Positions 51,040 through 63,569 of a DNA stretch of 64,000 nt are shown here, piece by piece. Source of the stretch: Phenylobacterium sp. (lineage in GTDB: Bacteria > Pseudomonadota > Alphaproteobacteria > Caulobacterales > Caulobacteraceae); assembly GCF_030681155.1 (NCBI RefSeq), contig NZ_JAUXXE010000042.1, positions 19,638 to 83,637 on the forward strand. The letters are read 5' to 3'. Positions within the stretch are counted from its first letter, which is position 1. Each line of letters opens with the position of its first letter. A program made the translations under genes and the position numbers. The notes beneath the pieces were generated by a model. The model was not told the origin of the DNA, made no database searches, and saw only the letters and a list, made by a program, of their open reading frames with translations.

Positions 51040-52472
51040 CAGCGGTTGGCCCCCTGGCCGATTTCGAAGTCCGACTTCGGCTGGAAGCGCGCGTCGTGGC
51101 GGTCATAAGCGATGCCGCCGTCCAGATAGACGCGCTCGGCGCGGGCGTAGATCGAGAAGGGGTTCTTGTCCCAGATGACCACGTCGGCCCGCTTGCCGGG
51201 CGTCAGGGATCCGGTGTCTTTTAGTCCCATCGCCTTGGCCGGGTTGGCGGTGATCCAGGCCATGGCCTGGGCCTCGGTGATGTTCAGGCCCGCGGCGCGC
51301 CCGGCCGCGAGGGCGGCGGCGGCTTCCTGATTCAGACGCTGGATGACGTCGGGGTCGTCCGACTTGATGATCGCGCAGCCGCCGGCCGCGTGGATCATCG
51401 CGGCGTTGGCCTCGATCCCGTCCCAGGCTTCCAGCTTGTTACCCCACCAGTTGGCCCAGGTGGCGGTGCAGATGTCGTTCTGCGCCAGGATGTCGGCGAT
51501 CTTGTAGGCTTCCGAGGCGTGGTGGAAGGCGGTGATCTTGTAGCCGAACTCGTTCGCGATCCCGATCATCTGGACCATTTCGTCGGCCCGGTAGCAGTGG
51601 TTCTCGACCAGGATCTCGCCTTTCAGCACCCCGGACAGGGTCTCAAGCTGCAGGTCGCGCTTGGGCGGATCGGCCTTTTCTCCACGGCCTTCCTTCGCCC
51701 GGTAGTCATCCCACTTGCGGCCATAGTCGGCGGCGCTGATCCAGGCGTTGCGATAGCCCGCGACGTTGCCCATCCGCGTGGAGGGCGCGCGGGTGCGGGA
51801 TCCATAGACCCGCTTGGGGTTCTCGCCGCAGGCCATCTTCAGGCCGTATGGCGCGCCGGGGTATTTCATCTCCTGGACGGTGCGGGCCGGGATGTTGCGC
51901 AGGGTGACCGAGCGCCCGCCGATCAGGTTGCCGGAGCCTGGCAGCACCATGATGCTGGTGACGCCGCCGGCGCGGGCCAGGTTGAAACCGGGGTCCTGCG
52001 GCCAGACCGAATGCTCGGCCCAGACGCCGGCGGTGTTCGGGTCGGTGAGCTCGTTGCCGTCAGAGTGGGCCGGGACCGAAGGCGAGGGATAGACGCCCAG
52101 GTGCGAGTGGGCGTCGATCAGCCCTGGGGTAATGTATTTGCCCGCGGCGTCCACGAAATCGTAGCTGGCCGGAGGCACCAGGCCCGCGCCGACCGCCTCG
52201 ATCTTACCGTCGCGGATCAGCACGGTCCCGCCGTCGATCCGCTCCCCGGTCCCAGTGAACACCGTGGCGCCGAACAGGGCCGTCGGGCGGCTGGGCAGCG
52301 GCCGATAGGTGGAGGCGAAAGGATCACCGTTGTTGGCCGAGTCCAGGCCCTTCGGCAGCGTCCGCGCCTTGGCGCTCTCGCCGCCTGCCGGCTTGCTGGC
52401 CGGCGCTGTGGTGGCGCAGCCGCCGACAGCTGTGGCCACGACCAGCGCCGCCACCGTCCCGAACACTCTCAT
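51039..52472 (-). CDS. amidohydrolase-superfamily protein (COG1228-like), lipoprotein/secreted
   Basis: It reads VVATAVGGC...TPGLIDAHSHLGV...GSLTPGKRADVVIW. Its stop overlaps the downstream start by 1 nt (TGATG). Confidence 0.85.
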   Translation of the reverse strand: MRVFGTVAALVVATAVGGCATTAPASKPAGGESAKARTLPKGLDSANNGDPFASTYRPLPSRPTALFGATVFTGTGERIDGGTVLIRDGKIEAVGAGLVPPASYDFVDAAGKYITPGLIDAHSHLGVYPSPSVPAHSDGNELTDPNTAGVWAEHSVWPQDPGFNLARAGGVTSIMVLPGSGNLIGGRSVTLRNIPARTVQEMKYPGAPYGLKMACGENPKRVYGSRTRAPSTRMGNVAGYRNAWISAADYGRKWDDYRAKEGRGEKADPPKRDLQLETLSGVLKGEILVENHCYRADEMVQMIGIANEFGYKITAFHHASEAYKIADILAQNDICTATWANWWGNKLEAWDGIEANAAMIHAAGGCAIIKSDDPDVIQRLNQEAAAALAAGRAAGLNITEAQAMAWITANPAKAMGLKDTGSLTPGKRADVVIWDKNPFSIYARAERVYLDGGIAYDRHDARFQPKSDFEIGQGANR

Positions 52473-52594
52473 TCCTGGTCACCCATCCCCGTCGATCTAC
52501 CGGAACGATAGGACGAACCGACCTTTCCGGGGAAGCGGGGCCGGAGAATTTTCCAGGCCCCGCCCTGAAGCTGATGAATTCGTGCCCCTGGCGC

Positions 52595-53062
52595 CTAGCA
52601 GTCCCCCAGGCGTTCGGCGGTGACGTTCATGATCATTTCCTTCATCGCCGGGGTCGGCGGCGGGTCCATGACCGTCTTGGTCTCCATCGTGTATTTCGAG
52701 GAGAAGTCGCCCGAGAAACGGCTGTCGATGGTCATCTTGCCGCCCGGATGGGTGCAGCTCGAATGACCGACATAGTCGCTGCCTTGCCGGGTCAGGGTCT
52801 GCTCGGTGCAGGTCACGCCGGCCTGTTGGTTGGCCGTCTGCATTTCCTTGAAGCTGGTCTTGGGGATACAGACTTCCATGGTGACGGGCTGGGGCATGGC
52901 CGCCATTACCGTGGTCATCTTCCACTTGCCGGGCTTGGGGCCTTCCATATCGGCGAGAGCCGGCGCAGCGCCCACCGCTTCAGGCGCCTTAACGGCCTCT
53001 TCCTTCTTCGAACAGGCGCTGGCCAGCAGCGCCACCATCACTACGCTCACTGCAATCCGCAT
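52595..53062 (-). CDS. DUF3617-like lipoprotein
   Basis: It has a lipobox VALLASAC, conserved Cys spacing (EVCIPK...VTCTEQ...SSCTHPGGKM...RLGDC) and a GGGAGAAG SD. Confidence 0.7.
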   Translation of the reverse strand: MRIAVSVVMVALLASACSKKEEAVKAPEAVGAAPALADMEGPKPGKWKMTTVMAAMPQPVTMEVCIPKTSFKEMQTANQQAGVTCTEQTLTRQGSDYVGHSSCTHPGGKMTIDSRFSGDFSSKYTMETKTVMDPPPTPAMKEMIMNVTAERLGDC

Positions 53063-53166
53063 CGTCTTCTCCCTCGAAATTTCAGGCTACGGCAGCAGGC
53101 TGATGAGAGCAGATCAGGCGTTTCGGCGCTTGCCATTTTTCAAACGCACGTTCATCAGCCTTGGCG

Positions 53167-53643
53167 ATGTCCGATGATCTGACCGAAGTCCAGACTGCTG
53201 TCGTCCCCGATGGCTATGTCATTAATCTGTGGCAGCGCGGCTTTGGCCGCACTGTCGGCCCGTTCTATTCGCGGCGCGACGAGGCCACGAAGGACGAAAC
53301 CATGGCCTTTCGCGTGGAGGAACACCACGCCAACGGCATGAACAATTGTCACGGCGGCATGCTGATGAGCTTCGCCGACATGGCCTGGGGCCGGGTCATC
53401 TCCAACAAGCGCGAGATCGGCTGGGTGACGGTGCGGCTGACCACCGACTTCCTTTCGGGCGCCCACATGGGTGACTGGGTCGAGGGCACCAGCGAGATCA
53501 TCGCCGAGCAGGACGATGTCTTCACCGTGCGTGGCCGGATCTGGTGCGGCGAGCGCACCCTGATCACCGGCACCGGCGTTTTCAAAGGTATCCGCTCGAT
53601 CGTCCGCAAGGCCGGCGATCGAGAAACACGAGGGGTGGCGTAA
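53167..53643 (+). CDS. PaaI-family hotdog-fold thioesterase
   Basis: It reads [24 protein letters not shown]. The start is ATG 53167; the TTG at 53161 is an alternative. Confidence 0.75.
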   Translation: MSDDLTEVQTAVVPDGYVINLWQRGFGRTVGPFYSRRDEATKDETMAFRVEEHHANGMNNCHGGMLMSFADMAWGRVISNKREIGWVTVRLTTDFLSGAHMGDWVEGTSEIIAEQDDVFTVRGRIWCGERTLITGTGVFKGIRSIVRKAGDRETRGVA

Positions 53644-54704
53644 TGGCTTTGGATCCGGCGATCAAAGAAGGCGCGCTGGTCGGGTACGAGGACCAGCCTG
53701 TCCACTCCGAACCGGGCGCCTTGCCGCCCGAAGTTCAGGCGCCGCTGGCGCCCTTCAAGGGGCGCGAGCCCGATGCGCCGAAGTGGTTCCAGGACGCTAT
53801 CGCCAACGAGCCGGAGCGGACCTTCGTCACCTCCAAGGGCTCCAAGATCGAACTGCTGACCTGGGGCGAGATCGGCAAGCCGGGCCTGCTGCTGGTGCAT
53901 GGCAACTCAGCCCACGCCGACTGGTGGAGCTTCATCGCTCCGTTCCTGGCCACCGAGTACCGGGTCGCCTCGATGTCGCTGGCCGGCATGGGCGCCTCTG
54001 ACTGGCGCGAAACCTACGCCTTCCAGGACTTCGCCGAGGACGCCGAGGCCTGCGCCCAGGCCGCGGGCCTTTACGAGGGCGGCCGCAAGCCGGTCTATAT
54101 CGGTCACTCGTTTGGCGGCTCGCAGGTGTTCTACGCTGCTGTGAAACATCCCGAACGCATGCACGCTGCAATTCTGGTCGATGTCGGCTTCGGCGGTCCC
54201 CCGCCTGACTCGCCCGAAGGCAAGCGCATGCTGGAAGAGCAGCGTCAGCGGATCGCCAACATCCCGACTGGCGACCGCGCCCAGCGGGTCTATCCGACCA
54301 TCGGCGCGGCGCTCGACCGCTTCCGTTTCATGCCGCCCCAGGCGGCCGGCAACTTGTTCGTCGCTGATTTCATCGCCCGTCGCTCGCTAAAGCGCGCGCC
54401 GCTTGAGGATGGCTCGGGCGAGGGCTGGTCGTGGCGATTCGACCCCAATATGTGGAACAAGCTCGATCGCTCGGCGATGATGGCCATGACCACGGACGGG
54501 CCGCCGCCTGTCTCCACCCCGCTGGCCCATATCTATGGCGAGCGCTCGGTGGTCATGTCGCGCCGCAGCGGGGGCGAATCCTCGCCGTTGCCGGAAGACA
54601 TCATCGAGATCGCGATCCCGGATTCGGCCCACCACATCATGGTCGATCAGCCGCTGGCCCTTGTGGCGGCGCTTCGATCCATGCTGGCGGTCTGGCCGGC
54701 CTGA
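53643..54704 (+). CDS. alpha/beta hydrolase
   Basis: ATG 53643 overlaps the thioesterase stop (TAATG). It reads LLLVHGNSAHADWW...YIGHSFGGSQV. Confidence 0.8.
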   Translation: MALDPAIKEGALVGYEDQPVHSEPGALPPEVQAPLAPFKGREPDAPKWFQDAIANEPERTFVTSKGSKIELLTWGEIGKPGLLLVHGNSAHADWWSFIAPFLATEYRVASMSLAGMGASDWRETYAFQDFAEDAEACAQAAGLYEGGRKPVYIGHSFGGSQVFYAAVKHPERMHAAILVDVGFGGPPPDSPEGKRMLEEQRQRIANIPTGDRAQRVYPTIGAALDRFRFMPPQAAGNLFVADFIARRSLKRAPLEDGSGEGWSWRFDPNMWNKLDRSAMMAMTTDGPPPVSTPLAHIYGERSVVMSRRSGGESSPLPEDIIEIAIPDSAHHIMVDQPLALVAALRSMLAVWPA

Positions 54705-54783
54705 CCAGCAGCCCTTGAGGCCGGGCTACGGTTCGTGTAGTCCGGCTCCACCTGAGTTTTTGAAGAAGAGAGACGCCTCCGCC

Positions 54784-55014
54784 ATGGCTTCCGAATATCA
54801 CCGCGGCGACATGGAAATCCAAGAGCAGGTCTCGACCTACCACCTGTTCGTCAGCCTGGCGAAGTGGGGCTCCCTGGCGCTCGCCGCCTTGCTGATTTTC
54901 CTCGTCCTCTGGTTCTGCACGGCCACTGGCTTCATGGGCAGCGCCGCCGTTGGCGTGGTCATCGCTGTCGCCGGCTTCTTCGTCCTGCGCGAGCACGGCG
55001 AACCGGCCCACTAA
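54784..55014 (+). CDS. aa3-type cytochrome oxidase subunit IV-like small membrane protein
   Basis: It reads MASEYHRGDMEIQEQVSTYHLFVSLAKWGSLALAALLIFLVLWF (76 aa). This is the internal ATG of ORF 54535-55014. Confidence 0.65.
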   Translation: MASEYHRGDMEIQEQVSTYHLFVSLAKWGSLALAALLIFLVLWFCTATGFMGSAAVGVVIAVAGFFVLREHGEPAH

Positions 55015-55081
55015 GGCCATCGGACGCGGCCGGCTCTTCTGGAGTAGGCTCGCCCCAGGTTCTCACCTCGGTTGAGTGTTG

Positions 55082-55115
55082 ACCCATGCCGACCTCGCGG
55101 TCGGCGTGGGTTTTG
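55082..55115 (+). terminator. rho-independent terminator
   Basis: It reads ACCCATGCCGACC-tcgc-GGTCGGCGTGGGT followed by TTTT. Confidence 0.7.
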
Positions 55116-55257
55116 GCATGTCTGGAGCGCGCGAACCGTAGTTCTATTCACCGCAGCATGAATTTTTCTGAGTTGAGCGCGCCGCCGCGTTCGCCGAAGA
55201 GCGCCATGGGCTGGGACTCAGTCGGCGGATATTCGACAAACCTTGAAGCTAAAAGGG

Positions 55258-55280
55258 GTTTGAGCTCAAACAATTGTTTG
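55258..55280. promoter_or_regulatory. overlapping double palindrome GTTTG-AGCT-CAAAC-AATT-GTTTG upstream of pntA
   Basis: It contains two perfect 14-bp palindromes sharing the central CAAAC, about 90 nt upstream of the pntAA ATG, in a lower-GC leader of roughly 250 nt. Confidence 0.35.
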
Positions 55281-55368
55281 AAGTCCGCTGTTCGATTGCT
55301 GGACAATGGCTAAGGGCGGCTTCTATGGTCGCCCAAAGTTCGAAGACTAAAATGGGGGAACCGGGCGC

Positions 55369-56502
55369 ATGACGACCATCGCCGTCACCAAGGAACGCCG
55401 CGCCGGAGAGACGCGCGTGGCCGCGACTCCAGAGACGGTGAAAAAGTTCATCGGCGCCGGGTACTCGGTCGTGATCGAGGCTGGCGCCGGCGCGGCCGCT
55501 TCCTATCCCGACGCCGACTATGAGGCCGCGGGGGCCACCCTGGCGACCAGCCTGACCGACGCCATCGGCAAGGCCGATATACTGCTGAAGGTCCGCGCTC
55601 CCGTCGACGAAGAGATCGCCGCCCTAAAGGCCGGCGCCATCGTCGCCGCCACGCTCAATCCCCACATCGAGAAGGACGCCGTTAAGGCGCTGGCCGCCAA
55701 GGGCGCGACCGCATTCGCCATGGAATTCGTGCCGCGGATCACCCGCGCGCAGGTGATGGACGTACTGTCCTCGCAGGCCAACCTCGCTGGCTACCGCGCC
55801 GTGATCGAGGGCGCCGAGGCCTATGGCAAGGCCATGCCGATGATGATGACGGCTGCCGGCACGATCGCCGCGGCCAAGGTGTTCGTCATGGGCGTCGGCG
55901 TCGCCGGTCTGCAGGCCATCGCCACCGCCCGCCGCCTGGGCGCCGTGGTCACCGCCACCGACGTGCGGCCGGCCACCAAGGAACAGGTCGAAAGCCTGGG
56001 CGCCAAGTTCCTCGCGGTCGAGGACGAGGAGTTCAAGAACGCCCAGACCGCCGGCGGCTACGCCAAGGAAATGAGCGCCGAGTACCAGGCCAAGCAGGCC
56101 GAATTGGTCTCCAGCCACATCGCCAAGCAGGACATCGTCATCACCACGGCGCTGATCCCCGGCCGCCCGGCTCCCAAGCTGGTCAGCGCCGAGCAGGTCG
56201 CCTCGATGAAGGCCGGTTCGATCCTCGTGGACCTGGCCATCGAGCAGGGCGGCAATGTCGTCGGCGCGAAGCTGGGCGAGACGGTGGTTACCGCCAATGG
56301 CGCCAAGATCCTCGGCGCGCCCAACCTGCCGGGCCGCATCGCCACCGACGCCTCAGCGCTCTATGCGCGCAATCTCTTCGCCTTCGCCGGCCTCTTCCTC
56401 GACAAGGAGGGCAAGTTCGCGCCCGACTACGAGGACGAAATCCTGAAGGCCGCCCTCGTCACTCAAGGCGGGGCGATCGTCCATCCCGCCCTCACCGCTT
56501 AA
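55369..56502 (+). CDS. pntA: NAD(P) transhydrogenase subunit alpha part 1
   Basis: It reads MTTIAVTKERRAGETRVAATPETVKK...VMGVGVAGLQAIATARRLGA. Confidence 0.95.
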   Translation: MTTIAVTKERRAGETRVAATPETVKKFIGAGYSVVIEAGAGAAASYPDADYEAAGATLATSLTDAIGKADILLKVRAPVDEEIAALKAGAIVAATLNPHIEKDAVKALAAKGATAFAMEFVPRITRAQVMDVLSSQANLAGYRAVIEGAEAYGKAMPMMMTAAGTIAAAKVFVMGVGVAGLQAIATARRLGAVVTATDVRPATKEQVESLGAKFLAVEDEEFKNAQTAGGYAKEMSAEYQAKQAELVSSHIAKQDIVITTALIPGRPAPKLVSAEQVASMKAGSILVDLAIEQGGNVVGAKLGETVVTANGAKILGAPNLPGRIATDASALYARNLFAFAGLFLDKEGKFAPDYEDEILKAALVTQGGAIVHPALTA

Positions 56503-56511
56503 GAGGACCCC

Positions 56512-56829
56512 ATGGAAGCCGTCGACCCTACAGTCTTCCGACTGGCGATCTTCGTGCTCGCGATCTTCGTGGGCTACTATGTCGTCTGGAGCGTCACGCC
56601 CGCCCTGCACACGCCGCTGATGGCTGTCACCAACGCCATTTCCTCGGTGATCATCGTCGGGGCCTTGCTGGCCGCCGCCGCCCACGGGGTGGATGGCGAG
56701 CTGACCAAGAACGTCATGATCTCGAAGGGAGCCGGCGCCATCGCCGCCGCCTTCGCCGCCGTGAACATCTTCGGCGGCTTCCTGGTCACCCAGCGCATGC
56801 TCGCCATGTACAAGAAAAAGCAAAAGTAG
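56512..56829 (+). CDS. pntA: NAD(P) transhydrogenase subunit alpha part 2 (membrane)
   Basis: The 105-aa product has three hydrophobic helices: LAIFVLAIFVGYYVVWSVTPALHTPLMAVTNAISSVIIVGAL. Confidence 0.9.
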   Translation: MEAVDPTVFRLAIFVLAIFVGYYVVWSVTPALHTPLMAVTNAISSVIIVGALLAAAAHGVDGELTKNVMISKGAGAIAAAFAAVNIFGGFLVTQRMLAMYKKKQK

Positions 56830-56844
56830 AGGGAGCGGGGGGAC

Positions 56845-58266
<1,422 letters not shown>

Positions 58267-58293
58267 GCTCCGGCCAATCGACGACACTATCGA

Positions 58294-58329
58294 CGGCGCG
58301 CCCAGGATCTGGGCGCGCCGTTTTCGTTT
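58294..58329 (+). terminator. rho-independent terminator after pntB
   Basis: It reads CGGCGCGCCCA-ggatc-TGGGCGCGCCG followed by TTTTCGTTT. Confidence 0.8.
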
Positions 58330-58569
58330 GTGGCGACGGCTTTGAATCGAGCGTCGGTATTCGAGAGCGTAACCGCTTCTTCAGAAAATTAAGGCAAAGC
58401 CTGCTTCCCCGCGCGGCAATACGCGCCGCCAAGAGGGCTTCTCGCCGCCACGTTTTCGTCTAGAAGGGCGGCCACTTAACGCTCGCATATATCGAGAAAT
58501 CGTCGCAGCTAGGCCGCCTAACCTCAAGCGGGCCTCAGTAAAGCTCGGCTGTACTGGAAGAGGTTCTTT

Positions 58570-59346
58570 TTGAATTCAGTGACATTGGCCGGGGCCGGCC
58601 GCTTGCGTCATTTCTGGGTCGAGGGCGTCCTGGCGACGGCCCTGACCCTCAGCGTCGTGACCGCCGCCTACGCCACCACTGCGCTTAGCCCGTATATCGC
58701 CAAGCCTGCGCCGACCTACGCCAAGGTCGAGGCCCAGGTCCCGGCTGCGCCGCCCGCGCCGCCGCCACCTGAGTTCGCCTTTGGCGAGCCGGTGCCGGGG
58801 CACGACGTCAATTCTCCGTTCGGTTTGCGCCGGATGCCATGGGAGCGTCATGGACGCCTGCATGAGGGCGTCGATATCGCTGCGCCGTCCGGCAGACCGG
58901 TCGTGGCGGTCGCCGACGGGGTGATCACCAAGATCGGGCGCAGCGCCTCCTACGGCCGCTATGTCGAGGTCCGGCACAGCGAGGGTCTGGTCAGCTTCTA
59001 CGCCCATCTTGGCCGTGTCGATCCACACGCCAGGGCTGGCGTGGCGGTGAAGGGCGGAACGATGATCGGCAAGATAGGCTCCAGCGGAACCTCGACCGGC
59101 CCGCATCTCCACTTCGAGATCCGACAGAACGACCGCCCGCTGAATCCGGTGGCCTTCATCGACCGAGAGTTCGCTACGGCGCAGGACCTGCCCCTGAAGG
59201 CCGCCGCCTACTATCCCAAGAGCGTGCGCGTCGCCCAGGTCGCCAGCATTCCGGCGAGCAAGCGCGTGGGAAGCGGCGCACGCGAGACCCAGGACGGCCG
59301 CGTCGCCGCCACCCTTCAGGTCGCCGCCGCCACCGCCGGCGATTAG
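58570..59346 (+). CDS. M23-family peptidoglycan metalloendopeptidase
   Basis: It reads HEGVDIAAPSGRPVVAVADGVI...GSSGTSTGPHLHFEI. The start is TTG; the GTG at 58579 is an alternative. Confidence 0.85.
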   Translation: MNSVTLAGAGRLRHFWVEGVLATALTLSVVTAAYATTALSPYIAKPAPTYAKVEAQVPAAPPAPPPPEFAFGEPVPGHDVNSPFGLRRMPWERHGRLHEGVDIAAPSGRPVVAVADGVITKIGRSASYGRYVEVRHSEGLVSFYAHLGRVDPHARAGVAVKGGTMIGKIGSSGTSTGPHLHFEIRQNDRPLNPVAFIDREFATAQDLPLKAAAYYPKSVRVAQVASIPASKRVGSGARETQDGRVAATLQVAAATAGD

Positions 59347-59744
59347 AGCCGGGGCTTGCCGAACGCCCGGTCAGCCACGAAGGCCGCGAACAGGATCGCC
59401 GCGCAGGCCGCCGCCACGAACCAGGCCGGATGCGGAATGCTGGTCATGGTCCAGGCGGCGAAGCAGAAGATCAGCAGGCTGGTTATCCGGCCGGCCAGGG
59501 CCCGCCGGCCGGCGATCAGATTGGCGGTGGACGATCCGGCCAGCACGCCCAGGAACCAAGCGAGCAGTATGGCGATCTTCGCCTCCATCGGCACGCGGGA
59601 CATCACCGTCTGAAGCTGGGCAGGATTGGTGAGGTCGACGCCGGGCGGCGGCGGAAAAATCGTGTGTCCCATGCCCTCGACCACGCCGGTGACGATGGCC
59701 CCGACGACGATGCCCAGCACCACACCCAAAATCAGCCGTAACAT
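59343..59744 (-). CDS. hypothetical integral membrane protein
   Basis: The 133-aa product has four hydrophobic segments and a GGAGG SD. It overlaps the convergent M23 gene by 4 nt. Confidence 0.6.
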   Translation of the reverse strand: MLRLILGVVLGIVVGAIVTGVVEGMGHTIFPPPPGVDLTNPAQLQTVMSRVPMEAKIAILLAWFLGVLAGSSTANLIAGRRALAGRITSLLIFCFAAWTMTSIPHPAWFVAAACAAILFAAFVADRAFGKPRL

Positions 59745-59812
59745 CGTCTTCGCCTCCAGGATCGACCTGGCCGCAACCTCGGCTAGATTGGCCTGATGCT
59801 CAAGGTTCTGCG

Positions 59813-60681
59813 ATGACGACCCAGCGTTTCCACTCGACGCGGGGAGAATTGATCGACATCGGCGGTCGCCGGATGCGGGCCGTTCGGGCCGGACCTGCGT
59901 CCGAACGCCCGATGATCATCCTCGAGGCCGGCTCGTTCGGCTGCGCGGCCGATTGGGCCGTGGTTCAGGACCGGCTCGCGGCCAAGGACCTGGCCAGCAT
60001 CGCCTACGACCGCGCCGGGCTAGGGTTTTCCGATCCGGGGCATGAACCACGAGACGGCCAAGCCATCGCCGCAGACCTCGAAGCGATGCTGGAGCGCATG
60101 GGAGAGCAGGGGCCGTTCGTCGCGGTCGGCCACTCGATGGCAGGGCTGATGCTCCGGGTGTTCGTTCCGCGAAACCGCGAAAAGGTCGTCGGCGTCGTGC
60201 TGGTGGATGCGGTGACGCCTGAGATGATGGATGTGAAGACCGCCGCGCGCGCGGTTCACGCCTATCGCCGGGCGATGAAGTTCGTGGGGCGATGGTCCGG
60301 GCTGGGCTTCATGCGGCCAGTCTCGCTGCTGATTGGCGACATGATCGGGCTGGAGGGCGAAGCCTCCAAGGAAAAACGCCGGATCTACGGCTCTCCGGTT
60401 CATGCGCGCTGGTCGGCGGACGAGGTGCAGAACTGGGTGCGCACCGCCAACCAGGGGCGCGAGGCGGGCGTCTTTGATCCAGACCTGCCGGTGGCCGTGG
60501 TGACGGCCGGCGACGAACCGGCCGCCGCGTCCCTGAAGGCGCTGGAATCGGCGCCGGCTCACGCGTCGCGGCATGGCTATGTCGAGCATGTGCATGGCGC
60601 CAACCACGCCAGCCTGCTGGGCCGGAAGTTCGCCGATCCGATCGTGGCCGGCGTGGAGCACGTCCTCAAAGCGGCCGGCCG

Positions 60682-60685
<4 letters not shown>
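59813..60685 (+). CDS. alpha/beta hydrolase
   Basis: It reads MIILEAGSFG...FVAVGHSMAGL. Confidence 0.8.
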
Positions 60686-61934
<1,249 letters not shown>

Positions 61935-61947
<13 letters not shown>

Positions 61948-62780
61948 TTGGCCTGGGTGCGCGCAGCCGCGGCGCGGCTCTGCACGGCCGCCGGGGCCTT
62001 AGGATAGCGGCGCTTGAACTCGTCGAGCGTCTGGCAAGCGTCCGAGGGCTTCTTCAGGGCGATCAGGCTGCGCGACAGCTCGACCACGGCGTCGGGCGCC
62101 CAGCTGGTGTTGGGCCAGCCGCGGATCGCGCCGATATAGGCGCCGGCCGCCTCGGCCTGCGCGCCGCGCGCGGTCAGGGTCTTGCCCAGCCAATAGCGGG
62201 CTTCGGGCGCCTTGGCGCTGTCGCCATGGTCGGCGACATAGTCGCGAAAGCCGGCCTCTGCGGCGGCGTAGTCGCCGGCCAGCATGGCTTGCCGCGATTG
62301 GGAAAAGGCTTCGGCCGGGCTGAGGCCCGCATTGGCCGATGGGCCGCCGGCCAGCTCACCCGAGACATTGGGCGGGCTTGGGGCGGTCGCGCTGCTTTCG
62401 AATGCGGTGAGACGATCGGACAGCGCCTTGTTCTCGGCGCGCAGGGCGGCGGCGTCGCGCTTGGCTAGTTCGGCTTCGCGGGTGGCGTTCTCGATGTCGC
62501 CGGTCATCCGGGTCAGGCTTTGCTCGAGCTCGCCCAGGCGGCGGGAGACCTCCTGCAGTTGGTAATCTGTCTCGGCTGGCTGCACGACGACCGGCTTCCC
62601 GGAGTCGCGGCCTTGGAAGACGATCGAGCGCAGTTCGCGCATGACCTGCTCCATGCGGTCGAGCCGGCGGGCGTCGCGCGCATCCAGCGGGTCCATGGGG
62701 ACCTGGGCGAGCGCGGTGGTGGCGATCAGGCTGAGCGCCAGGGGCAAGGCGAAACGGCGAAACATCATGGAGTCCATCAT
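61935..62780 (-). CDS. cpoB: Tol-Pal-associated cell-division coordinator CpoB/YbgF (TPR)
   Basis: It has a signal peptide, a coiled coil (LRAENKALSDRL) and a C-terminal TPR region (AEARYWLGKTLTARG). It sits downstream of pal. ATG 62768 is an alternative start. Confidence 0.85.
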
Positions 62781-62832
62781 CTACAGGATCGGACGGCCAA
62801 ATTGGGGCTCTTCAGGGCGGATAGATGAGGCG

Positions 62833-62867
62833 TGAAAACGCAAAGAGGGGACCCGATGGGCCCCCTC
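62833..62867 (-). terminator. hairpin plus U-tract between pal and cpoB (terminator/attenuator)
   Basis: The minus strand reads GAGGGGGCCC-atc-GGGTCCCCTC followed by TTTGCGTTTTC. Confidence 0.5.
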
Positions 62868-62890
62868 CCGCATTCGTTCGCCAGCAGGCC

Positions 62891-63439
62891 TTACTGCGCG
62901 CCGCCGACGATCGCCGTGCGGGCGTTCCGGTTTTGCTGGAAGGCGTCCTCGGTCGTGCCCGGATCGATCGGACGTTCCTTACCGAACGACACGGTCGAGA
63001 TGCGCGACGGGGCGACCCCGCGCGAGACCAGGTGCTCACGCACCGAATTGGCGCGGCGCGAGCCCAGGGCGAGGTTGTATTCGCGGGTGCCGCGTTCGTC
63101 GGCGTTGCCTTCGATGCGGACCTGCACGTTGGGATAGCGCACCAGCCAGGCGGCTTGGGCGTCGAGCAGAGGCGCGGCGTCAGCGCGGACCGAGTAGCTG
63201 TCCAGGTCGAAGAAGACGCGTTCGCCGACATTGACGACGAAGTCTTGGATCGTGCCCGGGGTGACCGTGGCGGACGGCGCGGGCGCCGGGGTCGGGGTTG
63301 GCGTCGGGGCGACGGCGGGCGGCGGCGCGGGTTCCGGCGCAGGGCCGGGCTTCGGACGCGAGGCGCAAGCCGTAACGGACAGGGCGGCGGCCGCAACTAG
63401 GGCCAGTCGAAGGGCGTGCTTGGTATTGAAGCTCTGCAC
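62891..63439 (-). CDS. pal: peptidoglycan-associated lipoprotein Pal (OmpA-like)
   Basis: It has a lipobox LSVTAC, a Pro/Ala linker and an OmpA domain (FDLDSYSVRADA...GNADERGTREYNLALGSRRANSV). The start is GTG with an AGGAGAAG SD. Confidence 0.95.
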   Translation of the reverse strand: MQSFNTKHALRLALVAAAALSVTACASRPKPGPAPEPAPPPAVAPTPTPTPAPAPSATVTPGTIQDFVVNVGERVFFDLDSYSVRADAAPLLDAQAAWLVRYPNVQVRIEGNADERGTREYNLALGSRRANSVREHLVSRGVAPSRISTVSFGKERPIDPGTTEDAFQQNRNARTAIVGGAQ

Positions 63440-63569
63440 GTTGGCTTCTCCTATTTAAAGTTTCGACGATGGCGGGTCCCCACAGCCAGTTCTTGTTTCT
63501 ACCTGGGTTTTAGGGGGCCGGACATTTGAAAAGACCGTCAGGCGGGAATATTACACCTAACAGGACTGG

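Noticed and set aside
55086-55313. A 75-aa ORF in the pntA leader.
   Set aside because: Its ATG lies inside the terminator hairpin stem (55082-55111). Third-position GC is poor for this genome, there is no SD and the sequence is not protein-like. I treat the region as non-coding leader.
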